Assembly (NCBI GenBank): GCA_002633005.1
Contig: NMRA01000081.1
Coordinates: forward strand, 946,353 to 1,010,352
Source of the DNA: Phoronis australis
Lineage: Eukaryota > Animalia > Phoronida
Direction of reading: 5' to 3'
DNA: 64,000 bases
Shown here: one piece after another, positions 26,575 to 39,799 of the stretch
How the letters are laid out: the number at the start of each line of letters is the position of its first letter
Position numbering within the stretch: position 1 is the first letter of the stretch
Translations under genes and position numbers: made by a program
Notes under the pieces: model-generated
Seen by the model: the letters and a program-made list of their open reading frames with translations, nothing else
The model's database searches: none
What the model was told of the DNA's origin: nothing

Positions 26575-26826
26575 CATGCGCGCTCATTCGAGCCCCCCCC
26601 CCATTTGGCGAAGTGGGCAAAAAGGTCCGCCTCAGAGAAATAAAAACTCCGAAAAAACGTAGAAAACAAGACAAATGTCCACCAAAAAGACAAGACCTAC
26701 CAAAATTCGTCGAATGCACAATTCGTAGCTCTGAACGTACCCGTGAATCTTAGCAAAAGGTCCACATTCTCAAAAACTCGAGCCCCCACCCCCACCCGAT
26801 TTTTCGGGCTGCCGGGTGCGCGCATG
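26575..26826. mobile_element. GC-rich MITE, 5-bp TSD ATAAC (opposite orientation to 25372-25633)
   Basis: ATAAC|CATGCGCGC ... GCGCGCATG|ATAAC. Confidence 0.8.
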
Positions 26827-26855
26827 ATAACCTTAAAATACTGAATGATTGCTAA

Positions 26856-27374
26856 AGCCTAACTTCAGTGGAATTTTGTTGTTTTAGATGCATTGGGCTA
26901 ACCAGATAAGCAAAGCCTTAACAAAATAAGAAAATGCGAGTTTAGCTCGTCAATATGCTAGGTGAAGTTGCCTTCACTATTGTGTCACCGCGAGATCCCA
27001 GAACAAACAACAAAAGGCCGATATGCAGTTATTGTATTAAATATCATGAGCGGCGCACCATAGGGGACTCAGTGCTGCCGGCGCCGCCCAGTATGGGCGG
27101 TGTACCACGGGAGGGGGTGGGGCTATAGCCCCCACTTTTTTCAGTGCTGTGCCGCCCATGCTGAATAGGTGTGAACAGCCACCATTGGGTGCAGGTGTTA
27201 ATTATTTGCAGCTGTTCGAATTAATTGATGATTCTAGTCGCGGTGATGTAGACAAAGGCAAGTCAATGACAGAGTTACATTTGTTAATTTATGGCATAGG
27301 TGGCTCAGGCAGAGCCGGATGCGCTCTTAAAATATGAACCAAAAATGTATAGGTGTTACCGTTCAAGATAGGCT
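26856..27374. mobile_element. Kolobok-like TTAA MITE (copy 1) with a nested GC-rich MITE at ~27046-27160
   Basis: CTAA|AGCCTAACTTCAGTGGAA ... TTACCGTTCAAGATAGGCT|TTAA. Colinear with 46352-46753, which lacks the CATGAGCGGC...GCCGCCCATG insert. Confidence 0.75.
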
Positions 27375-28303
27375 TTAATGAAAAAATTTTGCAAGTTTGT
27401 CTATTTCCGATTTGCGTTAACATTTAGCCAAATCTAGCAAACTGTAGAACATCGTAAGGACTCAAAAAAGATTTAATCTACTGTAAGTGGCCTATAAGAC
27501 CGAATGTACTTAGAAAATTGACAAGAAAATCAGTGTGGAATGGATTAACTAACATATGACTGATGAAAATGACAATGATGACATTGTGTATACATATTTT
27601 ATTACAGTAAAAAAGTTAAGTGTGCAGAATTTTAAAAAAGTGACAATCATCAAGCCAGAAACGACTGACCCTGGCCTGAACGAGTAGGCTAAGTTAGTAA
27701 GCAAGTCACAAAGATCGCTGTTGTAAAAACAACTTCAAGTAAGACAGTTAAGTTTAAGTTTTCAAAAATAACTTTGATGCTTGCATTGTTTGCACTGGAT
27801 CCGATGTTAACAGAACTGAAAAGCTGCAGAGTTCCCCATGATTGTAATTTTTCACCACTCTGCAATGATTGAATAATTACTAAGAGGGCCCTCTCTGATC
27901 CTGTGATTGGCTCAGTAGAGACAGTATACGGTGCTACCTGACGAACAATGTTGTACAGTTCAGTAACGGTAGGCCGGTGCGTTGGCCCCATACACGTTGT
28001 GGGATGAACTACTTTCTTTTCACTAACTCGCGCATTGACATTATCTATCAAAACTGTTATGATGAAAAATAAAGGATTTTATTTAAAATTTAAATGTGGG
28101 TATAGAATTCAAGGTATGTAAAACAAAAATTACATCTATTAAATGCTTCCAAAAACATATAACAAGTGTAACATGTAATTTTTCGAGAACTAGTTTTGCG
28201 TGAAGCTATACGCCTGTACTTAGGTTGTCGGCGTCGCCATCTTGACATCGTGCTGTAGAAGCGTGCAATTCTCCTGAAATCATTCATCCTGAGCTGTTTG
28301 AAC

Positions 28304-31300
28304 ATGGAACAGATGCAAGAACAAAACCAGTCCCAAGCTGTCAACGGGACATATGTTAGCGAGCTTAAAAATGAACTGGACAACTTGGATGCTTCTTATA
28401 CTAATTCACGTAGACTCTTGGCTCAAGGTGAGTGACAATCCAGGCAACATGACAAAGAAACGCTGTTAAGTGTTGAAAAATCGTTTGTAGTTTGTGCTTG
28501 TAGACTCTTCGATCGTTTTTATCAAGGTGTATACGCTTAAAATCTTTCAGATTTGTTAATGACAGAGTGACAAGCGAATAGTAAAATCCCGAATCTTCGA
28601 GGGAACAGGTTCTTTCAGACAAAAGGCTTGATTTAGGTACAGTGAAATGTGTTTACGTGATTGTAATTATCGACGCGTGCAGGTTAATATTTGATATCCA
28701 GTTTGAATGTGACATGTATGACACTAAATTCTATGCTTTTAATGTACGTACTTCCAACCGTGTTTTAGGATTGGTTCACCAACTAACTATAGGCTAGCTG
28801 TTTCTATTGTCCGTGCATATGGTTTCAGAGTTGGAGAAAGCAAGCAACACTGATTCAGTCAAGAAGTTTCCAGCTCGATGGATCGATGTCACTTCACCAA
28901 AACCCATAAAACTACAGGAGAAGGTGATGATCCCAGTACAGGAGCACCCAAAGTATAACTTTGTGGGTACACTACTTGGTCCTAAAGGCAGTACACTCAA
29001 GAGGTTGCAAGAAGAGACGGGAACAAAGATGGCCATTCTTGGTAGAGGCTCTGTTCGTGACAAGGCGAAGGTGAAATTTCACATGATTTGTTAGCATTTA
29101 CATGGCTGGAAATTGTTTATGTTGCACAGTTCTAATTGTTCTAGAATTGACAGAACACCAACTTTTGTCATTGCAAAGTGACCATATTCCTATTGACTGG
29201 TTAATTTACAAGATCCTGAGTAGAGATTTCCTAACCACCCTCATGGGCGACAGGCAGAGTTTTTCTGAAATCTATTCATTTTGTTAACCAGCTTCTAGCT
29301 AATTCACAGTGTCAGTGTAAATAAGGTATTCGTTGATCTAAATAAACCAATACAAATAATACGATTATGTCTCACACCTCAAAGCTAGTTTAGGAAGTCA
29401 GCAGATTTTTTAAGGTTTTGGTCTTGACTCAATTCGTCTGTCCTTGGGATGTTTTTTCACTCTTTAAAAGGGGACTGTAGTCAAAATAATGTTGTAGTTA
29501 ATCGGTTCTAACATACAAATAAAACTCACATTTGCCTGACTTGCGTGCCAAACAAAAGCCAATTCGTATTCATGGTCAAAACACTGAATTCTGAAAGCGA
29601 TCGCTGATTGGCTGATGTGTCAGTGACGTGAACGGCGGGGTATCGGCTGCTTTGCACATTCATTGCTTATGTCATATTTGAAGAGTTTACATCGTAATTT
29701 ATCATTGTATCAATCGTCCTTATTTTTTATTGTTTGCCACAGTGCTGTAAAAGGTTCGCTATGCCTTTTTGTATGGCACCTGGTTGCTCAAACTCTTCGA
29801 AAAAGGCGTCTTCTAAAGGGATGGTCATCGCATACCATCGCCGGGTTACCCAAGCCTTGGCCCAAAGCTCAGTGTATACTAGATATAGGCCTACAGGTTT
29901 AAGCCGATATGGGTAAAAAATGTACAAATAAAATCTGACTCAAATAAATGTCATTAAAACTAAGTCATCCTTGAGTAAACCTAGGAACCAGGTTCCTAGA
30001 GTAAACTAACTTCTGTATTTACCGGTGTTGGAAATGTTAGCGATCGTTCATCGGCTGCTGCTAGTAAAATTGTGATGTGTTCTCGGCTTTTTGCGATTAC
30101 GTCACCTGACCTTTACCAGTTTCTTTTCCCCCTGATTCTTTTATCAAGTGTTCGTCGCTGACGGTACCTAGGTTGCGTACATGTTATAACAAATTATCGG
30201 AGCTTGTTTCATTTTGTTTCAAGTTTTTAGTATTTTTACACCAGCAAACCGAATTTTAGAACAACCTTGGTGCTGCGAAGCTGTTATCATGTCCCGAAAG
30301 ACGTCTCAAATTTTTATGAAATGGCGCGTGCGCCGTGTCACGAGCGTGCTGTTCTTGAAACGGACGACACACTTCTTTGTTAAAAAGGCGGCAAATTATG
30401 CTACCAAATGACGTTTATTTGATTGTTTTCCACTTAAACGGCTGCAACGAACAATGGGAGTGTCGGGTGACTACCAGATTTTGCATGCGCCCGCGCCGGT
30501 CCGTTAGCTTTATATGTCGATGTAGCCTAAGTTTTACGACGAGGTGACGAGCATAACTGAGTCAACTATACCCGGGTAGACAACGGCTGTCTGAAATTTC
30601 GGGGTTAACGGAGCTCAACACACAGTGGTACGATAGTCTTCATACAGCTATAGTCGGTATCTTACCAACACTTCAAGTTTACAGAGCTGACAGTATTGGC
30701 TGACAGCTGGCTGACTGGATGGCTAGAGTCCACATTGCCCTCGATCGCCACAGTCACTGACACCAGTTGCACCGGCAAATTTTCGTCTGACGATGACAAT
30801 GACTGGGTATCACTTTGTGTTGCCTCGGCTCAAACAGGTATCCCTTGTGACCCGACATTTCACACTAAAATTTCTTATTCCGACAATATGAAAAACGCTA
30901 CTTGATTGCACGATAACACAGGACAGTGACTTGGCCCCCGCCAAATACGTCACGAGACCAAGCAGCGCTCCAAGCCGGTAATTTTTTGAGCTTCGTTTGA
31001 GAATATAAGTTTAATTTTTGGCGTTGAATTATTTGTGAAATTAATCAACAATTCACAGAAAACTATCCAGAATTTATTCAGAATAAAATACAGTTCCCTT
31101 TTAATAAAAACGTATTCAGAATGCATCTTTTCACATTGCCATGTTACGGATTTATCCATATTCTTACATACTTTTAGGACCCAAGAAATCAATTTCCAAA
31201 TGTTATGCATTTTGAGGTTTCATTTCTGTTTAAAGAATTCAACTTCAGTTTAGAAATGCCACTGAAAAGTTTGGTAATGCCAGGTCAGCAAGGATATGCA

Positions 31301-34300
31301 GTAAGTTGAAGCTATAGTACACATTATACAGTTGTCGACAGTGCTTATGGTATTTCTTCAGGAAGAGGAGCAGCGTAAAGAAGGTGGAAAGTACGCCCAT
31401 CTCAATGAGGAATTGCATGTGATGGTTGAAGCATTTGGCCCTGTGGGTCAGGCTTATGGCAGAATTGGCCATGCCCTTGCAGAATTAAGGAAGTTCTTAG
31501 TGCCGGTAAGTTTTTGAAAGAAAATTGTGGTCATTTAATAAAAGCTTACCATTTTAGGAATTAAAGATAGATAACAGACGGTAAAATGTGATCATCTAGT
31601 GTGCGGTTCTCATTATCACACGAGTTGAACACAAATACATTTGATCATCTAGAGAAAGGTTCACATTTAATAGAGGGTTTGAACAGTATTGGGTAGTAAA
31701 ATATCATCTAGTGTTAGGCTCCCATCTATTACAGGAATTGAACTCAGATATCAGACAGCAGCAGTTCGACCAGCTAGTGGACATGGGTCAGTTGACGTCT
31801 CGAGGTGGTGGGCGTGGCGGAGCTCGTGGAGGTCGAGGTGGCATGGGGGCTTCTGGCGAAAGTCGACTAGGTGGTGGACCTTTTGGTGCTGATAGGGGCA
31901 GAGGCCGTGGTGCTGCGCGTGGTGCTCCTCGGGGACGTGGTGGACCTCCCACAGCTAGGGGTTCCCTGTCAGCACGTGGCGGCATGCCGCCTCGTCGTGA
32001 CCCCTACACTGAAGAGTCTGTTTACAGGGACGACTATGTAAGCAAACATGTCGTTAATGTAATGTTGTGTTAAGGTTATCTTAAACCTTATTCATAAAAG
32101 TTAGCCATTTTTACAATATTTCACGTGTGTTTACCAAAGTACCATACTGGGAACTTCAAATACGAAATATATATCGTGTCGCGAGAAGAAATGATTAAGC
32201 ATGGAAATTTGTTAATTACATATCCAAGTTCAAAAGTAGCAGGGCTGCCACTCGAATTGAGTCTCCCTGTGCCAGGCATAGAGCAGTTTGGCATGCACCC
32301 TCGGTCCTTTCATTCGCTGAGTTGACATAATATTGAGTCAACGAGGTGTACATGGCATAGAAAGATGCCGCGGAAAGCGGATGTTTTTATCCTGAAGGAG
32401 TTGTGCATCTACATGCATACGACGGTTGAGAACGAATTCATTACTTGGATTGGTAATTTGACATTTTGCTGTTTCAATCTCATGATCACGGCACGCTTTT
32501 ATCACCAACTCAACTTCTATTGTCCATTTCATACTTGGTTTCTTGGTGCATGGTGTGTATATACAATGAACTACTTACTGTTGACTCTGCCATCTGACCT
32601 AGACAACACAAGGTACTGGAAACCTTGCGCACAAAATTGAAACGTTTTAGCGACAATTAATTATGCACTGCAAATTCAGTGGACATTGCGAGTGAATGTT
32701 GAAATAGCGAATTTGGTTAAGGTATACATAGGTTATATTAACTGATAGCAAGTTGATACAGCATAATTAACCGAAGATCTTGAGATTTTCACGTCTCACA
32801 ACTTAAATGGCTTTTTCTCGGCTTCGGCAAATCGACTTAATTAATTTGAACTTAGATATGTTGTCATGGTTGTAGTCCTATTTTCCGTGTTGTACAGGAG
32901 AGCTCAAGGGGTGCATATGATACAGGCTATAGTGAGCGTGGCTATGAGCAGGAGTATGATCAAGGCTATGGCACTGCTAGGTGAGTGAAGAAATTAGTGA
33001 TAGGGCAGCCAACAGGAAAATAAGTCTGCATCCTGAGTAACCTTGATACGCATGGATGTGGTCCAGTTGAAAATTTGCTCGGGCGTTGTCTTTTATATAT
33101 TGACTCAGTTGAAGGGAACTGTAGCATGTTAGCTGTTCCATGATGTCTGTGCCTCCGTCTTATTCATAGGAAATGTTATGGTTAAAGTATGCTTTAAACG
33201 TTCTTGTATAAAGCTTGTTGAACTGTGGTGTGGTTTCTGAACTGTGATGTGATGTCTCACCAGTTGCAAAATGTATCTTTGGCTAGCGACACCAAGTACT
33301 TTGACTACGGTCACGGCAGCACAGGTGGTGCTCAAGCCAGGGATCCTTACGGCTACGAAGATACTGGATATGGTAAGTTAACTTTCTTTTGGTGAAATTG
33401 CCAGCTGTTAGGTCTAATTGAGAACACGGTCAAGTTTCCAAAGGCGCTTGGTGCTGCTCAGTTTACCGGACTTTGTACTGTAATACTTATCATTTGTGAC
33501 ACGCGTGCAGCGAAAGATCTGGCTTTGTGCAACTGATTAGTATACTTGATGATGTCTCTTGTCACTCAATGCACCACAGGTCTCGTGCATTAGGTGCCGT
33601 GTTGAGCACGTTATCAGGAAGGTGCTTGCTAGGTTTCGTGGCGCCGTACTTGTCTTCTAACTAGAAATGAATTCCATTTGTCTTTTTGGGACAACTAAAC
33701 TAACTTTTCAATGTGGCGGCCTTGGGCAGGGTCCAGGTGTGTGTACCTTGATTGCTGTTCTGGGGTGGACGTTCTGTCCATCGTCCAGTGCTGTAGGAAC
33801 CCACCGTCCAGCAGGCCGTACAGTGACATCCAGGTTCATAGTGCTGATCAGGCTCTCTGTGGCCTGCCCAGTCTCCTTACTTTGGTACAACCATGCCTCT
33901 TATTGCTTAAGTCAACAGTTTGGCAAACAGTGTTACGATGAACAATTGTTTATACTGCTTGCTCGCTCATTCCTTCCATTGCACAAGTGCCGAGCCAACT
34001 TCCTACTATTCAGTTTGATGATAACAAGCAAGGTCTTGGAGGTGATGTTCACTGTAACACTGATCAATTGCACTGCTATTCACATTTGAGTTGAAGCCCT
34101 TATGCGTTTCACTTCCATACACCTGTTTGCTCACATTAACACTCATCCACTGATTCCGTAATCTGACTAGGTACATCGATTCACAACCCGTTATTGTTAT
34201 TTATAGGCTACTGTTGACACGTCTATTGCGGATCTATTTAAGGTGACAGTTGGAGCTCTGGGATGGGACGTGCCACTGGTGGTGGTACCATGAAGTCTGC

Positions 34301-34361
34301 CTCGCGGGGGATGGGAGCCCGCTCCCAGTCCCACCCTTACGGGGGTGCTGCTAGATACTAA
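28304..34361 (+). CDS. KHDRBS: KHDRBS/Sam68-family STAR KH-domain RNA-binding protein (366 aa, 7 exons)
   Basis: Exons 28304-28427, 28829-29070, 31362-31505, 31735-32037, 32898-32980, 33287-33372 and 34243-34361, phases consistent. Qua1-like N-terminus (YVSELKNELDNLD...RLLAQE), KH core KVMIPVQEHPKYNFVGTLLGPKGSTLKRLQEETGTKMAILGRGS, YAHLNEELHV, RGG boxes, Tyr-rich tail with YFDYGHG and C-terminal R...HPYGGAARY*. Confidence 0.93.
29468..31100 (+). mobile_element. Older non-autonomous Kolobok-type element in KHDRBS intron 2
   Basis: TTAA|AAGGGGACTGTA ... TACAGTTCCCTT|TTAA. THAP start remnant MPFCMAPGCSN...AYHR at 29761 (+) and a GYLFEP remnant near 30825-30843 (-). Confidence 0.7.
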
Positions 34362-36544
34362 CCGTCTGGCTCTATCAGCTGTCGTACCTGTACGAGGCAC
34401 TATGTGCGCGTGTGTGGTCTTCTCAAAGGGACCGTTGAGCGCATTATGTAAGGTACATTAACTCAAGAGAACTCCCTAAAAGGCTAAAGCATAAACTTGA
34501 CATAAACTGTCGTTGCAGTAGAGATGACCTAAGGAGTGTGGGAATGAGAGAGCGAAAATCTGGAGTATTGGGGGTTTAAATGTTCGTAGAATTATTTTTT
34601 TATGTCACTCAACACTGTTTTTAAATTTGTATATATATCAACCACTGTAAACTTGTATTATTTTTAGTTTTATGTTGTGTAGTAAAGTTGTCAAGTTCTC
34701 TGAAATTCAACTACCCATTCTTACTAAAACTAAAATGTAATTTTATCAATACCCAATTTGAACTTTCAGCCACATGCTACCATAAACCAGTGAGCAGTAC
34801 CTGGTAGTTGATTGAGTTTGTGTCATGGATATCGAGTAGAGAATTCTTTGTTGTAAAGTAGTTATATGTTGGAACTGAAATCAGTGGACCCATGCTCATA
34901 AACAATTAAAATGATTGCAAAGTTTTACCAATTCGGATTAAATAAAATGAAATTCAGTGTTGCCCTGTTGTATGTAATCATTTAAGACTAAAGAACTTTT
35001 GAATTTTTTGCCACAATTTTTGTTGAGTGTGGTAGTCAACTAGTGTGTTGAGTTAGAAAACTGTTCCAAACAATGTGCTTGTATCCTTAACATGAAATAA
35101 ATGTTTTCTTTGTCAGTTCCAGACAAAAAGGGTCAAATATGGTGACAAAATCGCATTTTATCTATGCCTGAGATCTAATAACTTTTATTGATGTTTTACT
35201 GTAAGTAGTTTGTCTTAAAGCCTGTACCACATGCAAGTTGTTCAAATAAATAGAATACCCAAACTTGTTCTACCGTAATTTTCCAGCAAAAATAAACATG
35301 GTGTTCTCCCTGAAAGAAGTTGATGTGAAATACGTTGACAAAATGTTGACAAATAAGAGACGTGAGGTTGTAATCTTTTTATTTTCAAACTTTTATCGAT
35401 ATGTTATTGTCAAGATGTGTATGAATAGTAAAAATTATATTTTGAAAATTTATCAGCAAATACAAAAAAAGAAAGTTAGCTGGAGAACACTGTGAAGTAT
35501 GCAATGTTTGAATTGTTTCTTGAACTGTACATCTGTATAGTATGTTTTTTTCTAAATTGAAATGGTAACTATCCTTGCCATTTGCAACTGGCCAAGAAGC
35601 AACATAGCTCGGCCTACTTACAAGTTGTTACTACATTAAATATGCAATTTGAGTGTTAAATTGTTCTTTTTCCATGAGTAATCGATGCCTTTGCAAACTG
35701 TAGCGTAATGATATGCAGTGCTGAATAAACACAGCCGTGAGTGGAAGATAAACCTCGTCAAACGACCGATTAAACAAAATACAAATACAGAAGATAAAAA
35801 GTCAACGTTTTGTTGACTTCCATAAACACGGTGTAACCCAAAGGTAATGTAATACAATACCTAGCTAAGAATTTATGATCTAGTTATATATTTTGTTAAT
35901 CTGCAAAAAAAAATATGTTGAATTGGTAAAAGATGTGATCAGTTTAAACTGTATAAGCTAAAAGCTCCATACAGCAATGATGGGCTAGAATTGGAAGGGA
36001 GCTGCTTCTAACCTGGATAATTTGTGGAGGTGAATCGTGCCTCGTATGCATCCAGCTACATTTGATAAGCTTTGATCAAGTGGCATTAAACTCGGGCTTT
36101 CTGATACAGGCCACTTTCCATTTTCAATGTCACAATTGTTCCTTATTCAGATGATGAATTTTTTTTTGTTAAAGTAGTACTGGCGGACGAACTATAAAAT
36201 TTCACGTCACTGTTTGACTTGACACTTAATTAGTGTGGTTTGAAGAATTAATGTAATTAAGAAATAATTTGTAAACGGCGTAAAGAATAAAATAAGACCA
36301 ATTTTATAATGGGTAGTGGCCCAAGTCAATGTTTGTTTGACAGAAAGCACAGGTTATGCCACTTTAAATTAAGTACGTACCATCTTGAGGAAAGTTTGGA
36401 CAAAGTGTCAAAATGGATGCTGTATGTGGCTTTAACAAGTAAACAAAAACTCCCGAGTTATCAACTTTTGTTGCGTGCAAAAATTGCAATTGTTTCATCC
36501 TGTGCAAGATTTTCTTGATGTATGACGCATTTGTATTTCAATGT

Positions 36545-37260
36545 CTTGTGCCCCCACTTTATGGATGTGGGCACATTGTGTCATCCCTGTCCGGCATCTG
36601 ATGCCATGTCTCCAGAACTTTGTTTCGTGAAATTTAATGAACGTGTTCCAATCATGGAATGGACTGCTTTAGGGAATTTTATGATAGATTTGACAACTGC
36701 TGTGCCCCCTAGTGGCAATTTTAAGTTTATAGGTTAGCGTCTATATGAAATTCGGCTGTCTCCAGAACTTTGTTTCATGAAATTTAATGAACGTGTTCCA
36801 AGCATGGAATGGACTGCTTTAGAGAATTTTATGATACATTTGACAACTGCTGTGCCCCCTAGTGGCAATTTTAAGTTTATAGGTTAGCGTCTATATGAAA
36901 TTCGGCTAATAGTTGTTGCTTGTGGACACGACGGAGTCTTTCCATTTTCTGACATATTTTGGACCGCCTAGTGGACATACTGTTTTTTGAGTCCACCTCT
37001 CCCCTGTTTACTCAAATCGGGAAAATTAGAAGATATATTCCAAAAGCAGAAATCGCATTAATTTTTGGATCGCTCAGTTTAGTGGTTCCCTGTAATGGCA
37101 ATTTTGGTTTTCTTTACATTTATCCAGCTCTGATGGATGTTCATGAAATTTGACAAAAAAAATTCTACACAATACCACCAATCCTGTTTCAGACATTTTG
37201 ACCTACGTTGCGCCACCTGGTGGCCTATTTATTATTTTTGTTTCTGTTCTTTATGGTCTG
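36545..37260. mobile_element. Dispersed repeat with internal ~150-bp subunits, including a near-exact 150-bp tandem duplication (36607-36907)
   Basis: TGTCTCCAGAACTTTG...GAAATTCGGC occurs twice at 150-bp spacing. Subunits share CATGAAATTT and GCCCCCTAGTGGC motifs with the inverted copy at 40560-41198. Confidence 0.65.
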
Positions 37261-39030
37261 CCTCCCCACCTGCCAAACGTCTTGGAAAATCATGACAAAA
37301 GATGGTGGGCGTGATCCTATTTAAACGAGCATTACCTCTCGCTTTGCTCCCCTAGGGGCTGTTTTAAGTTTACTGGAATTACTCCCTGAAGTGGGGTTGT
37401 TTTAAGTTTCTGTTCATCTCCTGTATGTGGTGCACATGGTGGGCGCATATCAAATACTGTTACTTTGTAAGTGGTCATATTCAACAGCATCCCCTTAACT
37501 TTTTTTTTCTTTGTAGGTATGGTGCATTCCATCACTGGATGAAGACGAGGGCATTGGTTTTATTAAAAACTTTATACACCTATGTGAGACTGGACTTACG
37601 AGCAATTTTATACTGTAATTTTACATTTTTTTACATAGATGAATACAATGTGATGAATTTTCAACGTTTTTTTTTTGCTGTACGAGATAAGTGCATATCC
37701 AAGTGGACAGATTTCATTCAACTGTTGACGAAATCCAACTTGGGCTGAGTGAACTTGCAACAGAACTTTGTGCAAATATATGACTTGTGCATATCTGACT
37801 TATTCCGGGATTTACTAAGAGATGCCTGTCGTGTGTAGGAGCAACAAAAATCTAATTCCTAGTAAATTTCATCTACGAACTATTGTTTTTGAGAGATTTA
37901 AGTGCACGGGAGTCGTCGGTAAATGGTTTGACAACTCCTGGTATGTAGAAGGGTACTACTTCAATACTCACGAGGACAAACCTTCATTAAAACCTCAACA
38001 TTGCATTTTGGCAAGTTTTTGGTCGTGTATGCATGGGGTGGACTCTTCCACTCTGCCCAAAGGTCTGTATGTACAATACAGAGTTATTGGGAAGTAAGTA
38101 CTTTGTGAAACTGCAACAATCTGATAGGAGACGAAATTGGCATGTGCCGTGAGCAGGCCAATGGGTTGTAGCAATCCTGGTGCCACCTGTTAGAAATTGA
38201 CTAGTTGAACATATCGTACTTCATTAACCTTTATTTCTCTACATCCTTGGATGTACTCGCCCAACCCAGATTTTCTTTTAACTTGGACAAAGTTCTGGGG
38301 ATTCTGATTTTGCTTTAATCTGATGAACTCGCTTTGTCCCATTGGGTCCAACTTAAGCAAGTTTTATTGTAGTTAGGTGTCCTGGGTGACACATGTCACT
38401 GGTAAGCCTATACCAATCAGCATCATTGAACTACTTCTGCATGTCTACAGTCCTAAATCAATGCACTCATTTCAACGCATGAAACGACCTAAAGGTGTAG
38501 ACTTTTTAATGATTGCTGAAATGGACAAAGGATGAAAGGAGGCGTAAATATGTGTTGGGGCTTGGAATTTTCCTCTATTTTTGATTTCCTCTGCTTTCCA
38601 GTTTCCAGTCTTTTTACCATAATTTTGAATTGGTTCCTACAGAAATGTTTCAGTTAAATTTAACGCAAAAAATATTTGTGGAACGGTACGTCACCTGGAG
38701 AATTTTCCTTTTTTGTCATTGGTTATTCCAAGCCCTAGTATGTAATGATGGGACTGTAGTGTCTTGGATTTAGGGAGCAGAGTTCAGCAAGCTTCAGACA
38801 TACTCCCACATGCAAGTTCTGGTGATCTATGCAAAAGTATGGTCACTCGACGAAACTGGCATTATTTTTGACATGCGTTTCTTTGACCTTCGGCGTTTTG
38901 TGGGCCCAACAAATCTTGTGCACAAGGCAAATGTTTATCAGAGTGGGATTCACAAGTGGTGTTTCCTTTTATCTCATTTGAGATGAGCATTAGCAAGGTG
39001 AGGAGAATTGTTTAGAGTATTGATGTAACG

Positions 39031-39130
39031 ACTAATTCATAGCCACAGGCTTTATTTACTATTTACTGACTAAGAATTAACTAATTCATAGCCACAGGCT
39101 TTATTTACTATTTACTGACTAAGAATTAAC
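39031..39130 (-). repeat. Exact 49-bp tandem duplication containing the probable ODC polyadenylation signal
   Basis: ACTAATTCATAGCCACAGGCTTTATTTACTATTTACTGACTAAGAATTA twice; TTTATT is AATAAA on the minus strand. Confidence 0.8.
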
Positions 39131-39799
39131 AACATAGGAGCAACTTGAAGGGCAAATTGGTAAAAGCAACACTCAAAACTTAACATTAACTTCTATATCG
39201 CAACAGGAGAAACATCTTTATGTGAAGATCGGAGCTGCAACAAACGTACATCAACCAAATATAAATTAATAAATTAATCGTTAACGCACCTAGACACTGA
39301 CACACAGCATCATTTCTGATTACTGAATCTGAGTAAAGATATAACAGAACTTTTAAGAAGTACTCACAAGAGTACATAAATTACATATAAACTAATAGTG
39401 AAGCTGGTCAATGGGTGACTCGATATTCACAAAGTGGTGTTCATTAATAAAGATGCATCTTTTTGACAACTGACTAGATTGTGAGCTCATATTGGGAGTG
39501 TTCGTGTGATAGCCGCACATGATTTAACAGGATGCAGCTATTTTTATGGGAATGTCCTGTTTCACATACAAATCACCTAGTGAATTTCAAGTACGGATAC
39601 TACCCCATTAAACCTTGATTGGAATCATTGGCAAAATAACTGGTTATCGGCTGTACTCGATTGATTTTGGTTCTACCGGCATAGTCACCTGATTGGTCCT
39701 CTATATCAAATTCCCCCTTACAGGCTAATTAGATGTCTTGCTCAGTTGACCCAGCAGAAACCAATCCAATCAAGAGCAGCCATTGTCACATAAACAAAA

